Positions 1-10,666 of a stretch of 37,674 bases of DNA are shown here, in pieces. A model generated the notes under the pieces. The model was not told the DNA's origin. It made no database searches and saw only the letters and a program-made list of their open reading frames with translations. The stretch spans positions 1 to 37,674 of the forward strand of contig KZ538980.1 of the NCBI GenBank assembly GCA_000934665.2. The letters are read 5' to 3'. The DNA is from Catajapyx aquilonaris. Taxonomy: Eukaryota. Each line of letters opens with the position of its first letter. Positions within the stretch are counted from its first letter, which is position 1. Made by a program: the position numbers and the translations under genes.

Positions 1-548
1 GCTTAATATTCATTTGCATCGAGGATGGAACAAACATACACATATCCATCCATCCGCATAGTCTAGACCTCCATCCCCACGTTCTGTACTTTCAGATCTC
101 CCATTCCATCCTGCCCCAGCAAAAAGCGACCTACAAGGCCTCCAAAAAAACGAATCCCAGTGTGCAGGGAAACTTCTCACTTTGCATAGTGGGAAATGAA
201 AACCAGTCACTACACAAAAGTTGCATTTTGGCGCTTAATTAGAGACGACCAGAAGTCCAGAACACGTTCCTGTTTTACCCCGCTTGATTAGCGTTTCTGA
301 TTTTTGAGCTTATCATATACACACATGTGGTCAGTAGCCGTGGCTCCTTCTAGGACGATTCCAATGGCTATGGTGGTTACATGATGATGTGAGTTTTGTA
401 TGAAACAAGGTCATGCTGTTGCGCGGCCGTTCGAAAAAATCATGGTTCGAATGAAATCTGAGGTGATTGTTATAATTTTAAAGAGTCTTAAGGCCCATAC
501 ACACAGGCCGTCGACGGTTTTGGTTTTTGGTCACGTTGACGCCATGGA

Positions 549-615
549 CCAATCATGACTCATGTAAACAAGCGCAACCCATTGTTTACAGCTTGTTTAC
601 ATGAGTCATGATTGG
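549..615. repeat. Inverted repeat, 25-bp perfect arms, 17-nt loop
   Basis: ccaatcatgactcatgtaaacaagc (549-573) and its reverse complement (591-615); abuts an N at 616. Confidence 0.85.
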
Positions 616-668
616 NCCCCCCAAAAAAAAGTCATGGGCCGATTAAAACGACGCAGCATGGCGTAGGT

Positions 669-1058
669 CAGAAGTTCTCAAACTATGGTACGCGTACCAC
701 TGGTGGTACTTCAAGCCATGCCAAGTGGTACTCATGTGGCCTGCGCATATGACTTTGCAGTCGTTTTACCTGTTTATAAGCCTCGCGCTTTTTTAAAACT
801 ATTCTTTAACTAGTTTTATATCACTTTAACCTCATAATAATTGAAGGGTTCGGGAATAGAAGGTGATAACCCTCACATGGGTTGGAATTGAGTTATCACC
901 TTCTTCTCCCAAACCCTTCTATTATAGTCATTACAGTGATTATAGTGACATTTTCTTCAAAACAACACGGGTGTAAATTAACTATTCATTGACAGTGGTA
1001 CTTCAGTTTACTGATCCTCACGGAGTGGTACTTGTTCAAAAAAGTTTGAGAACCACTG
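669..1058. mobile_element. hAT (Charlie-like) MITE
   Basis: TIRs cagaagttctcaaact / agtttgagaaccactg; 8-bp TSD gcgtaggt (661-668) / gcgtaagt (1059-1066); internal imperfect hairpin ~843-919. Confidence 0.88.
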
Positions 1059-1230
1059 GCGTAAGTAACAAATATCCCGCATCGGAAAGTGCTACTATGT
1101 ATCCCTACCAAAATTGAGGTATTTTCGGGAGCATGGTGCACCGTCGAACGATTTCCTTACACTGACACATGCAGCATGTCAAGGGCTCTTCGTACATACC
1201 CATTTCACTCTACCCAGTTCATTGCAACTC

Positions 1231-1702
1231 TGGGTCAAAACAAGCCGAAAATGTAGGGGGGCAAAATGTCAAGGGACCAACCATTAACAAGGTAGACTAC
1301 CAGACACATTGTCCTGCCCCTAGGCACATGCTGCAACCCACAATATGCCTCTCTATAGGGAGATCGCCTGGCAGATGGATTTGAGTGCCTAGGGAGCAGG
1401 AGATGAGCGGTGATAATCGCTTTTGTGAAAGAGGTACTCTCGCAAAGTCCCAACAGTCATGATTATCACACTCATATCCTGCTTCCTAGGCAACCAAGCT
1501 GTAAGGTGCACAAGTCCATCTGCCAGGCGATCTCCCTACCAAGAGGCGTATTGTGTGTTGCCGCATGTGTCTAGGGGCAGGCCAATGTGTCTGGTCATCT
1601 ACGTCATTAACGGTTGGATCCTCGACATTTCTCTCCCCTACAATTTTGACTTGTTTTGGCCCAAGGAATACGCTGACTGCCATATTAGCAAGGAACACCC
1701 TG
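1231..1702. mobile_element. Old, diverged palindromic MITE, probably Tc1/mariner-type
   Basis: 1231-~1430 is the imperfect reverse complement of ~1437-1663. Right end caccctg|TA (1696-1704) matches the termini of the mariner-type MITEs at 19445 and 26383; left terminus is degraded. Confidence 0.65.
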
Positions 1703-1828
1703 TATAGTAATTTGGAGTCTGACTGGAGTGGCAGTGCTACCCATCTGTGCACCTGAAGGGAACGAGATATCAACAAATGCACACCCTAAAAAGAAAAAAT
1801 GAAATTTGCCCACACGGTAGAGAAATTA

Positions 1829-2377
1829 TACCGTATTACCTCTCATAAAGCGGCATGCCAGTGTAGTCGAGGTCGACCAGTTTTTAGAAATCTGGTGGCT
1901 ATACCGGCATGCCGGTATAAGGCAAGGTGTGCCGGTACAAGGCAAGGTTTTCACATAAGTTATATTATCCTTTCCGAACTTGACATTATTTTGCCTGAAA
2001 ATCGAAATTCACGTAGGCCTAAAGGCTATCGAAAAGGCACATTTTCCTAATAGGGTACCCGTACCATATATTGTTTTCAATTGCAGTGTCTGGCAATAAT
2101 CTACATTTAAACAGTATGCTAGAGCAGGGGGTTCCCTTGTCAAAGCAGGCTGACAATGGGATTGGTCACACTCTCTACATTTTAAATATGCACTGTGCAA
2201 CAGAACTTGCCTGTACATTATTTTAGGACGGTACCAGAAGCATTCCAAAAATTTGGCAAGGATCAAAATTACGGAAATCTACCTTGGTTATTGTGGCATG
2301 CCGGCCACCCCCGGGTTATACCGGCATGCTGGGCGACCTCGTTACAGGCATGCCGCTTTATGAGAGCTAATACGGTA
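1829..2377. mobile_element. Non-autonomous TIR element remnant
   Basis: taccgtattacctctcataaagcggcatgcc (1829-1859) matches 2347-2377 inverted at 30/31; repeated ggcatgcc/ccggcatg subterminal motifs on both sides. Confidence 0.65.
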
Positions 2378-2590
2378 AATAGAATGTTGCCCTGGACAAA
2401 TGTCTGGGTTACTCGGAACTCTTAATTCAACAATGTTGCAATATGTTATTTGCATAATATTTGTAAGATCCTTCCAAGCTTGTGTAAATTATGAAGGCGT
2501 CAGTTATAGCATCAATGTAAGTTTTAATATGAGACCTATGTGAAAATGTATGGCATCAGACTAATAAAGGGCATGTGATACAGCCACGGG

Positions 2591-3909
2591 AGGCCATCAA
2601 GGAGGAAAGAGGGAAGGAACTGGTGTCTTGCCTCCTTTACAAGGCATAAGTAGGTCACAGGGAGTTTTTATATGATACATTTCTTGGCAGCAAAGAAATG
2701 TATCATATAAAAACTCCCTGTGACCTACTTATGCCTTGTAAAGGAGGCAAGACACCAGTTCCTTCCCTCTGGAACTCCTTCCCTCTGGAAATAGCCTATT
2801 TCCAAAACCTCCCAAAGCAATAATCTAGATTTTTCAGGAAGTGAAAAAAACGTCCCAGGTAATTTTCAAGAGATCAGGGGGCCTGAAACCTTCATGATAA
2901 CATACTCCTTACCTGTAGGAATTAAACTCTTGCGTCAAAAACAGTGGAAAATTTAACCGAGCCCTAAAATCTGCATTCAAAATTTTGATTTGGGAGCTTT
3001 TGGAAGGAATGAGCGATTTAGTACTTTTTGGCATAAAATAACAGAACTATTCCGGTCATTTAAAATGATGTAGGAGTATTTTATGCTCTTCTTCCTGATG
3101 CCCAAATGCCATAATTATTCTGTCATGCCCACATTATCCTCTCGTAATAATGTGACGGTACTGAAAAGCGTTTTTAATTGAAATTACAACACAAGATTCA
3201 GGTCCTGAAGCACTTTATTTCTCATCCTCAATAACAAACGTCACTGCCTCATCATCGTCTACCTCTTGGGTGACCTGAAGGTGTTTCTGGTAGAATGGCA
3301 TTGTTGCTAATGGCCGACCAATGGACACCAGTAATGCAATAACATCCGCAGCTTTTGCAGCACTGATGTGGCTTTGTGGGGGACGTCGTTCCAGTGACAG
3401 CACTAACTTCTTCTCATCAGTATTTAGTTTCAGGAAGTTGTGATAACAAAATACTTGTGCTATATGACGACTTGAACCCAATCTTTTTCCCTGTTCCTGC
3501 ACAGAGGACCTTTGCCTGAGTGATCTTGAAATCTTTTTTTGCTCTGACACAGTCCTTTGTAAGATTCTGCCTCCACACAGCCTCTATTGCGTCCTATGAA
3601 AGGCGACAGCGTTTTGCAAGCCACAGGGAGCCGCCATGATCGCTTTATGTGTGGGAGGGAGGTCAATGGCAGGCCCTGATTGGTCGGTATGATGTGGGAG
3701 GTTTTGGAAAAAAATGTACCATGATTTGGCACCTTTTGGAATGGAACGTATATTTCAAGGTTTCATTTAGGCATGATGTGGGACTTTTAGGCACCGAACA
3801 TTTTTGATACTAAGAGATCTATGAACGACACGGTAGATGGCGCAAAAATCTCAATTTGGTCCAAAATCGATTTGGGAGGTTTTGGAAATAAGCTATTGTC
3901 GATGGGCCT
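2591..3909 (-). mobile_element. Decayed TIR DNA transposon with a transposase C-terminal remnant (possibly Sola-like)
   Basis: Inverted match of 2790-2816 (aatagcctatttccaaaacctcccaaa) to 3871-3897, plus aggccatc (2591) to gatgggcct (3901-3909). Internal ORF 3215-3550(-) contains ISAAKAADV...PFY plus an acidic tail, reminiscent of Sola transposase C-termini from recollection only. Confidence 0.5.
2608..2770. repeat. Perfect palindrome, 78-bp arms, 7-nt loop
   Basis: 2608-2685 is the exact reverse complement of 2693-2770. Confidence 0.97.
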
Positions 3910-4201
3910 GCAAATGTGTATGGTGAGCTACGTCATTGCTGTTTGTCCCCTGGACTGCGACTGGCAGAATTTAATGCATTTTCATCCCTTTCACATCAAT
4001 AATAATGCAGCAGGTTTTTTTGGTTTTTTTATGCCAACCGCTCCCAAAAGTGTAAAAAGCATTCCTTAAATACTTTTAGAGGCTTAGAACTGTGACAAGT
4101 AAAGGTCTACCATGATGTGTAATATTTAGTTTGCCATGTGCCTCTATGCTTCATAAGGACTTGATTCTTAATTTGAAGTTTTACACATTCCACATTTTCA
4201 G

Positions 4202-4460
4202 GTGTTTGCTGCTAATACCTCGGAGTTAATAACATACCACCAAGTTGAAGTGAAGCAGACTTACCCTAAGGAAGGCTGGGTCGAAGAAGATCCGAATGAA
4301 CTACTAGAATCAGTTCTAACCTGCATCAACAAAACTGTTGAGAACTTAGAGGCCCTAGACATCGATCCAAAGGACATTAAGGCTATTGGTATTACCAATC
4401 AACGGGAAACCACTATAGTGTGGGATAAGCTGACTGGAAAGCCTCTCTATAATGCAATAG
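4202..4460 (+). CDS. GK: Glycerol kinase exon (VFAANTSE...LYNAI)
   Basis: Acceptor ttttcag ends 4201; donor gt at 4461; GWVEEDP and GITNQRETT motifs. Confidence 0.95.
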
Positions 4461-7400
4461 GTGGGAGATTTTTGAGGAAGTGTTGTAATGCAGTTATACA
4501 TGAAATACTTTGCATTTTCCAGTGTGGCTTGACAGCCGGACTGCTGAGACAGTGGACAAGCTACTGTCCAAGGTTCCAGATAGAAACAAGGACTACTTGA
4601 AACCATTATGTGGCCTTCCTATAAGCACATATTTTAGTGCTTTAAAATTGAAGTGGCTCATTAATCATGTCCCTGCAGTTCGCTTAGCAGTGAAAGAGAA
4701 TCGTTGCCTCTTTGGAACTGTGGATTCCTGGCTTATATGGGTAGGTGTTTGAAAATGCATATGGTTTTGAAGCAATGCCAGCTGGATGATTTAAATATTC
4801 TGCTCAGGTTTCAATCAAGCACTATTGGGGAGGACTACCAGACTATTATTACTATTATGATTGCAGGGTAGTTTAATTGTTCTCAACATTAACCCAACTG
4901 AATATTAAAACATAAGAGGAGTTAGTTAATAGGACTGCATATTGAGTGGCTAAAATATAAGATATATCATGAGAATGTGCTGGTAACAAACTCATTGAGT
5001 GGTTTATCATGGATAGAGTGCATCCTACATTGAGGAATAAACTTCAATGAATTATAATTTTACTGCTGTAGAAGTGATCATGATATCAACGAATTACTTG
5101 GGAACTTGATGCAATTGCATGTCATTTGCTGGTGTAGAATCTGACTGGTGGTACTGATGGCGGGAAGCATGTCACAGATGTGACAAATGCGTCTAGAACT
5201 ATGCTGATGAGTATTGATTCGCTGCAGTATGACCCATATTTGCTGAGGTAGGTTTTAAAATATTAATTAACATATATCTTGTGGGAAAAATACTAATTTT
5301 GAACATTTTAAAGGTTTTTTGACATTCCAATGGAAGTACTGCCAGAGATTCACAGCTCATCAGAAATCTTTGGCCATTTGTCTCCAACTTCACTACATGG
5401 TGTGCCTATTTCTGGGGTAAGTTCTATTGCCAGTGCATTTGTGCTTATGCTGACAGGTCTTGTTTCCAGTGCTTGGGAGATCAACAATCGGCACTAGTTG
5501 GGCAAATGTGCTTGAAAGAAGGAAGCGCAAAGAACACTTATGGCACTGGATGCTTTTTGTTATACAACACTGGGAATAGGGTATGTTTGGTGTGTTTGGT
5601 TTATTGGAAACGTTGTAGCCTGGTATTTTTTCAGGCAATTCGCTCAACACATGGCATGTTGACAACTGTTGCCTTCAAGTTTGGGAAAGTGGCTCCTACG
5701 TTTTATGCTCTGGAAGGGTCCATAGCTGTTGCTGGAGGTGCTATGCGCTGGATGAGAGATAATTTAGGAATTGCAAGCTCTGTGGAAGAATTGGAGAAGT
5801 ATGCGCAGAGCGTGAGCAATACAGGGGGCGTTTACTTTGTGCCTGCCTTCAGTGGCCTCTATGCTCCATACTGGAGGACTGATGCGCGAGGGCAAGTGTT
5901 GTGCCTTAATGTGAACTGCAACTGTCACAAGTAAGCTACTTTCCAGGACTATATGTGGCATAACTCAATACACTACCAAGTGCCATATAGCACGTGCTGC
6001 TCTGGAGGCTGTGTGTTTTCAGACTCGAGAGATTCTAGAGGCTATGAGCAAAGACAGTGGGTTTTCCCTCTCAAGACTTTTAGTAGATGGAGGAATGTCC
6101 ACCAACAATCAGTTGCTGCAGATTCAAGCTGATGTTTTGGGGATTGAAGTTGGTGAGTCGAGTTTGTGTTGTTGTGTGACTTGGTTCTTTTTGTGTGTCT
6201 TGAATTTAATTTTTAATATCAAATTTAATCTTTATATAAATAGTTCGGCCATGCATGGCTGAAACAACTGCCTTGGGTGCTGCGATGGCTGCCGGTTCAG
6301 CTGAGGGAATCAATGTGTGGAGGTGTGACAGCCTGAATTCAGCGTCTCTACCAACAGACTCTTTTAAGCCCTGCATTTTGGAAAATGGTTAAGATGTATT
6401 TTGTCACTTGTTATTTGTGCCTCAATCCTCTTGTATTGTTTTAACATGCACCTTATACTATCACTTTGCAGAAAGAGACATCATGTTTCAAAAATGGAAA
6501 TCTGCAATAAAGTGCAGCCTTGGATGGGAGACCCTTGGTAGTGAACGCAAAAAAATGACAGGTGAGTTTGCTTGTATATTGCCTGCAGACTTGCATTAGA
6601 ACAGCAAATGCCTACAGGAGACAGTAGCCCTGTGGTTGTCGCTAGAGGAGGAGGAATCATCCTATCATTTTTCCGGTCCTTTTGTTTCAATTATGAGTCA
6701 GATCTTGCATTGTGATTGTCATTTTTTCTCCTTTGTCACAATGTAGGGGATGACGACGAGAAAATGGAGTGAGCAGTCGAGAAGAAATGATGGATTTGAG
6801 TTCTGCAGCACTTTTAAGACTGGTTGTGCTTCTTTAGAGCCTCCTCTGGAGGCAATTTGATCATTCATTTGCACCTTATTTTATTTTTCTACATTGTAGT
6901 CTTAAGAGTCTGGTTTGTGAATGGAAGTGACTAATTTTAGAATGAGTTAGACTATCACATCTCATTTTCAAGTCTCTTCAACATGTTGAACAAAACTGTT
7001 CTGCTAAATTACAAGCGTCAAGAGCCAGTGTCTTTTCAAACCTCAAGGATTGAATGCGACCATATCTTTGATTAAATTTGAGATGCAAGTGTGCAGTAGT
7101 CACCTGAGTTAAATATTTTAGTAATATTCTCTTTGATTTTTGTTGCTTCCGTATTGGTGCACATTATATTCTAGAAGCTATTGTTGGTTCTGTGAGTCTT
7201 CCACGTAGGTACTTACGAGACTGTGAATGCTATTAGCTTTTTGCTCTTTGGAATCGGAGTTTGTGCCAAGGGCATAGCTACTGTCTTAACTGACTGTGAT
7301 GATGAGACTTTTGTGCAAACACACTGTCTCAGTGTTTTTGATAGCAGGTGATACCCGTCCCAAAATGTCATGCAATCAACTTAATGTGAACCATGCTCAT

Positions 7401-8260
7401 GGAGCTTAAACGATATTAGATAAGTGTACTTAACGTGTGGACAGTGCACACTACTAGTAAACTAAACGACAGAAAATAATGCAAGTGAAATTGAGCAATG
7501 ATGACTTACATTGCAATTAAAAGACATTTTAGATATAGGACTTCATCTGCTCTTGGAGTACTTTTCTTGTCCTTTTTTCTTGGTGCATTGTTTTTACTAA
7601 TTGTGTGCTAATGTCCTGCCAACCAATATTTTGCCTTTTGCAAAATATTTACTTGTACTCTGTCTCTGTTGACTAGTCAAGGAGAAATTTTTATTTGTGC
7701 AATACCTGCTAATAAATATTTTTGTCTGGGATCGGTCTTTAACTGAGGAAGCTGCATTGGTCGTCTCCTCCTTTTCTTCCAAGCAGTGGCAGCTGAGTTG
7801 TTCCCATTTGCATTTAATAGGAGCCACATGATTCCTCCTGTTCTGTGGGGTTGCATTTGATTGAATGTTTTTTACACAGTAGAATGGATGAACACCAAGT
7901 GCATGGCATTCTAGTTCTGTAACTGTGTAGTGTACACACTTGAAGTAAATGTGCTAGGCAAAACATCCAGTAAACTATTCTACTCCCAAGGTAGATACTT
8001 TATAGATGGCATTGTCACCAGTTGATGTTGTGCAGAGCAAGCTAGTGTGTAGGTTCAGCATTTTTAAAACATGCGGCAGGCTTCTGTTGCTTGGTGGTCC
8101 CAATGGTGCACCTTGTCAAGTAACAGTGTTGGCTCCCTTCTCTTGTCTTTCTGCAGATTCCAAGTATCGTCTTCTGGGCTCAATTCCAGGGTCCTGGTTC
8201 TTTTTTTCTGCTTTTGGCTTGCTGGTGTTGGCGAAAACTTTAAAAACCACACAGAGTTGA
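4202..8260 (+). CDS. GK: Glycerol kinase (FGGY family), spliced, 5'-partial. Exons 4202-4460, 4523-4740, 5138-5247, 5314-5416, 5470-5580, 5635-5891, 5947-6152, 6244-6387, 6472-6561, 8157-8260
   Basis: The spliced translation is continuous in frame with GK motifs: [120 protein letters not shown]. All introns are GT-AG with matching phases except one GC-AG. The N-terminal DQGTSS exon was not found in the window. Confidence 0.96.
4523..4740 (+). CDS. GK: Glycerol kinase exon (VWLD...SWLIW)
   Basis: Acceptor ttttccag ends 4522; donor gtaggt at 4741. Confidence 0.95.
5138..5247 (+). CDS. GK: Glycerol kinase exon (NLTGG...DPYLL)
   Basis: Translated by hand, not in the ORF track: [14 protein letters not shown]. 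tag acceptor ends 5137; gtaggt donor at 5248. Confidence 0.93.
5314..5416 (+). CDS. GK: Glycerol kinase exon ([20 protein letters not shown]...VPISG)
   Basis: Translated by hand. aag acceptor ends 5313; gtaagt donor at 5417. Confidence 0.92.
5470..5580 (+). CDS. GK: Glycerol kinase exon (CLGDQQSAL...YNTGNR)
   Basis: ttccag acceptor ends 5469; gtatgt donor at 5581. Confidence 0.94.
5635..5891 (+). CDS. GK: Glycerol kinase exon (AIRSTHG...WRTDARG)
   Basis: ttttcag acceptor ends 5634; non-canonical donor GCAAGT at 5892 is needed to keep the frame. Confidence 0.92.
5947..6152 (+). CDS. GK: Glycerol kinase exon (TICGITQYT...LGIEV)
   Basis: ttccag acceptor ends 5946; gtgagt donor at 6153; [15 protein letters not shown] and VDGGM motifs. 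Confidence 0.94.
6244..6387 (+). CDS. GK: Glycerol kinase exon ([18 protein letters not shown]...ILEN)
   Basis: Translated by hand. tag acceptor ends 6243; gt donor at 6388. Confidence 0.92.
6472..6561 (+). CDS. GK: Glycerol kinase exon ([19 protein letters not shown]...KKMT)
   Basis: tttgcag acceptor ends 6471; gtgagt donor at 6562; W..A...SLGW C-terminal motif. Confidence 0.92.
6747..6772 (+). CDS. GK: Candidate alternative terminal exon of GK (GDDDEKME*)
   Basis: Pyrimidine tract ttttttctcctttg followed by tag acceptor ending 6746; phase-1 compatible; stop at 6770-6772. Sequence inference only. Confidence 0.5.
8157..8260 (+). CDS. GK: GK terminal exon encoding a hydrophobic (transmembrane-like) tail, [34 protein letters not shown]
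   Basis: Strong acceptor cccttctcttgtctttctgcag ends 8156; phase-1 compatible; resembles the hydrophobic C-terminal segment of animal GKs. Confidence 0.85.
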
Positions 8261-8545
8261 CAAGAATGGATGAACCTACTGCTTGAGCTAAGTTTGGCAT
8301 TTGTAATTCGTGCCATGTAGCAGTGTGAACAGTCGTACTGCAATGTTGTTGCAAGTGGAAGTCGTCAATTGTTAAGTGTCATGCCAGATTAGTCTGTGGT
8401 GGATTCCACGGCTGAATAATTCCAATGCACATTGCCTGTGGAAGAGAAGCATTTGTACTCCTGTTCTTGACATGTTCATTTGCTCGTCTATGTACGAGTA
8501 CGTGCATTTGTTTCGGTCAACAAACTGAAATGATGCTCTTGTTAT

Positions 8546-8551
8546 AATAAA
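8546..8551 (+). promoter_or_regulatory. Candidate polyadenylation signal for GK (distal isoform)
   Basis: AATAAA ~290 nt after the stop, followed by a GT-rich stretch. Another AATAAA at 7711-7716 could serve the proximal isoform. Confidence 0.4.
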
Positions 8552-9650
8552 AATAAGTTGGGTTGATGTTGGCTGGTTTCACATCAAAACAATACAGTGT
8601 TACCTTCCTTTTTAAATATTGCTGCTGTTCTAGCATTAGGGACAACTTGGGTGCTGCTAAGGGTGAGACACTGCTGCAGGTGAAATATTTGTCGTATCTT
8701 CTCTCATGGGAAGTAAGACTAGGGGAAGAGAAGGTAGGTGGAATTAGTCTTGAGAGTTATTCCAGAATACAAGGCGTTTCATAATTCGTCACATAACCTT
8801 CTAGATTGAACTGGACACAAGTGGATCACTCTATGTATTGTTGTCTGCAGCCTAGCTACCAAGCTAATGGTATATTTATCATGTATAGCATATCCTGGAA
8901 AGTTTGCATCCAACTGCATGTGAGGCAGTTCTGGAAAGGCCTGCCCATCTACGCCTTGGCGAGGACATCAACTCTGGACGACTGACCCGTCGCGAACAAT
9001 GTGTCAAGCAGCTCTGCTATTGCATTTGACACTCATTTCTGGTCCACATATGTGGGTATGACTACATTTACCTGGGACCACCCATGGAACCGCATGAAAC
9101 TAAAAATCGCCATTCACAGCTTGGGGCCCCCTAAGCAAGGCCCTATAATTAATTATGCTCAGCCCACTTGGGTTCAAGGTCACGCAAGCTACTGGGAGAT
9201 TTGAATGGGTGCGTATTTGATTCTTAGTTGCTCTATTCGCTTTTATCGCAGAATTTGATGTCAGATCAATCAAGCACTCATAGCGTAGGCTACTGCTGTG
9301 ATGTCAGACAGACTGGCTTGACTGCCACAGAAAAGGATGAGCTGTTATCCCAAAGGTTTTCTGTAAATTTTTATGGAGTTCACCCAAAAAATAACCGCTG
9401 AAATTATCAAATAGCTTAAAAATACCTGATGAGCTTGTGGAACTCCTTAAAAATATCTCCAGGTATATCGGAATCTAGTTCTCCAAATTCTTTCACAATT
9501 TTTTGGAAGCTATCTAGATTTTGACTTTTCATTGATTCTGCCAAAAATTTGATTATAGTTTTAAATGCTCGTAGTTTATCACTGACATCAAAAACATTTA
9601 CTGCTTTTCCTTGAAGTGAGAGACTAAAGTCATTAACTTATTGAAGAATT

Positions 9651-9735
9651 CATTTTTTCCCCAACCTCTTCGCTGAGCACTTGGAGAAGCTTCGCGGAGC
9701 ACCAAGTGCTCCGCGGAACACAGTGGGAACCTCTG
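9651..9735. mobile_element. Short degenerate hAT/Charlie-like MITE
   Basis: Left ...ttccccaacct; right gggaacctctg|ctctaggg; internal cgcggagcac/gtgctccgcg hairpin; TSD not confirmed. Confidence 0.4.
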
Positions 9736-10359
9736 CTCTAGGGGTAGGGGTCCATATGTCGACCATGCGCATGGTAACGTATTGCAAATTGTCGGTGACA
9801 GTGGTAAAATGTCAAAGACAGAATTGGTGGGGTGGCAGCACTGATACGAACATCAGTGCATTGTGCAACCTTTGACACCAGCTTGTTTCTAAGCGCATGG
9901 TAGACTGCAGCGCATGCTATTATTATTTATTATATCATTTCCCAGCAATTAAGCTATGCTACTCAATAATTTATTTTAAGCCTATGATGTTGCTTACACT
10001 GTTTGTTTGCATGTTTTAAAGTATCGACATCATGCTGCAACTTGTGAACCAGCAGCCACAGTAGAAAGTTGTCATGTTCCTAATTACGTCTACCTGTAGG
10101 CGTTCCTAATTTCGGATAGGACCCTACCTACGGTACTATCATGCTCATTTTGACAGTTCCATTTATTTCGCGGAAACTCAAGAAAGAAGTCACAGAAAAC
10201 GTTTGCGCATCTGTATACTACCTGCTGTTAAAACGTTCTCGTATGATTGTATTGATCAAGTCATTATTATTCAACTGCATTATTTTTTTGCAAAATTAAT
10301 AGGGAAAACTTTTCCTTTTCATCATACAGATAAACCAGTTTTCATTGTATTGTTATTAA

Positions 10360-10666
10360 TAATAATAATAATAATTGGTATAGTGCCGTACCTCATCTGA
10401 GGTTTTGACACTGACCTTTATTGCCAAGATGTACACATTAATTTGGACAACGAAGAACCCTGGTCCGAGGGCAGGGTGACTGGGAGGGGATGTGCAAAGG
10501 GCAAGTGCAATGTCTCTGCTGTGGACATTTTGTGAGCTCCCCCGGGTGGTTCGTCTATCGGAAATCCCACCCTAGACGAAGCCGGAGATGCCACTGGAGA
10601 ACTCCACACTCTCGGGACCCTTCCATCAGTGGGCGCGTGCGTTACCGCAGCGCCACTTCGCCTTCC
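10360..10666 (-). mobile_element. SINE with (TTA)n tail
   Basis: 17-bp TSD cattgtattgttattaa (10343-10359 / 10667-10683); A-box-like tggcgctgcgg at the 5' end; stem-loop plus (tta)n 3' tail. Confidence 0.85.

Noticed and set aside
2872..2890. gatcaggggg as a candidate GK exon-1 DQG motif
   Set aside because: Encodes DQGA then a stop, and lies inside a transposon
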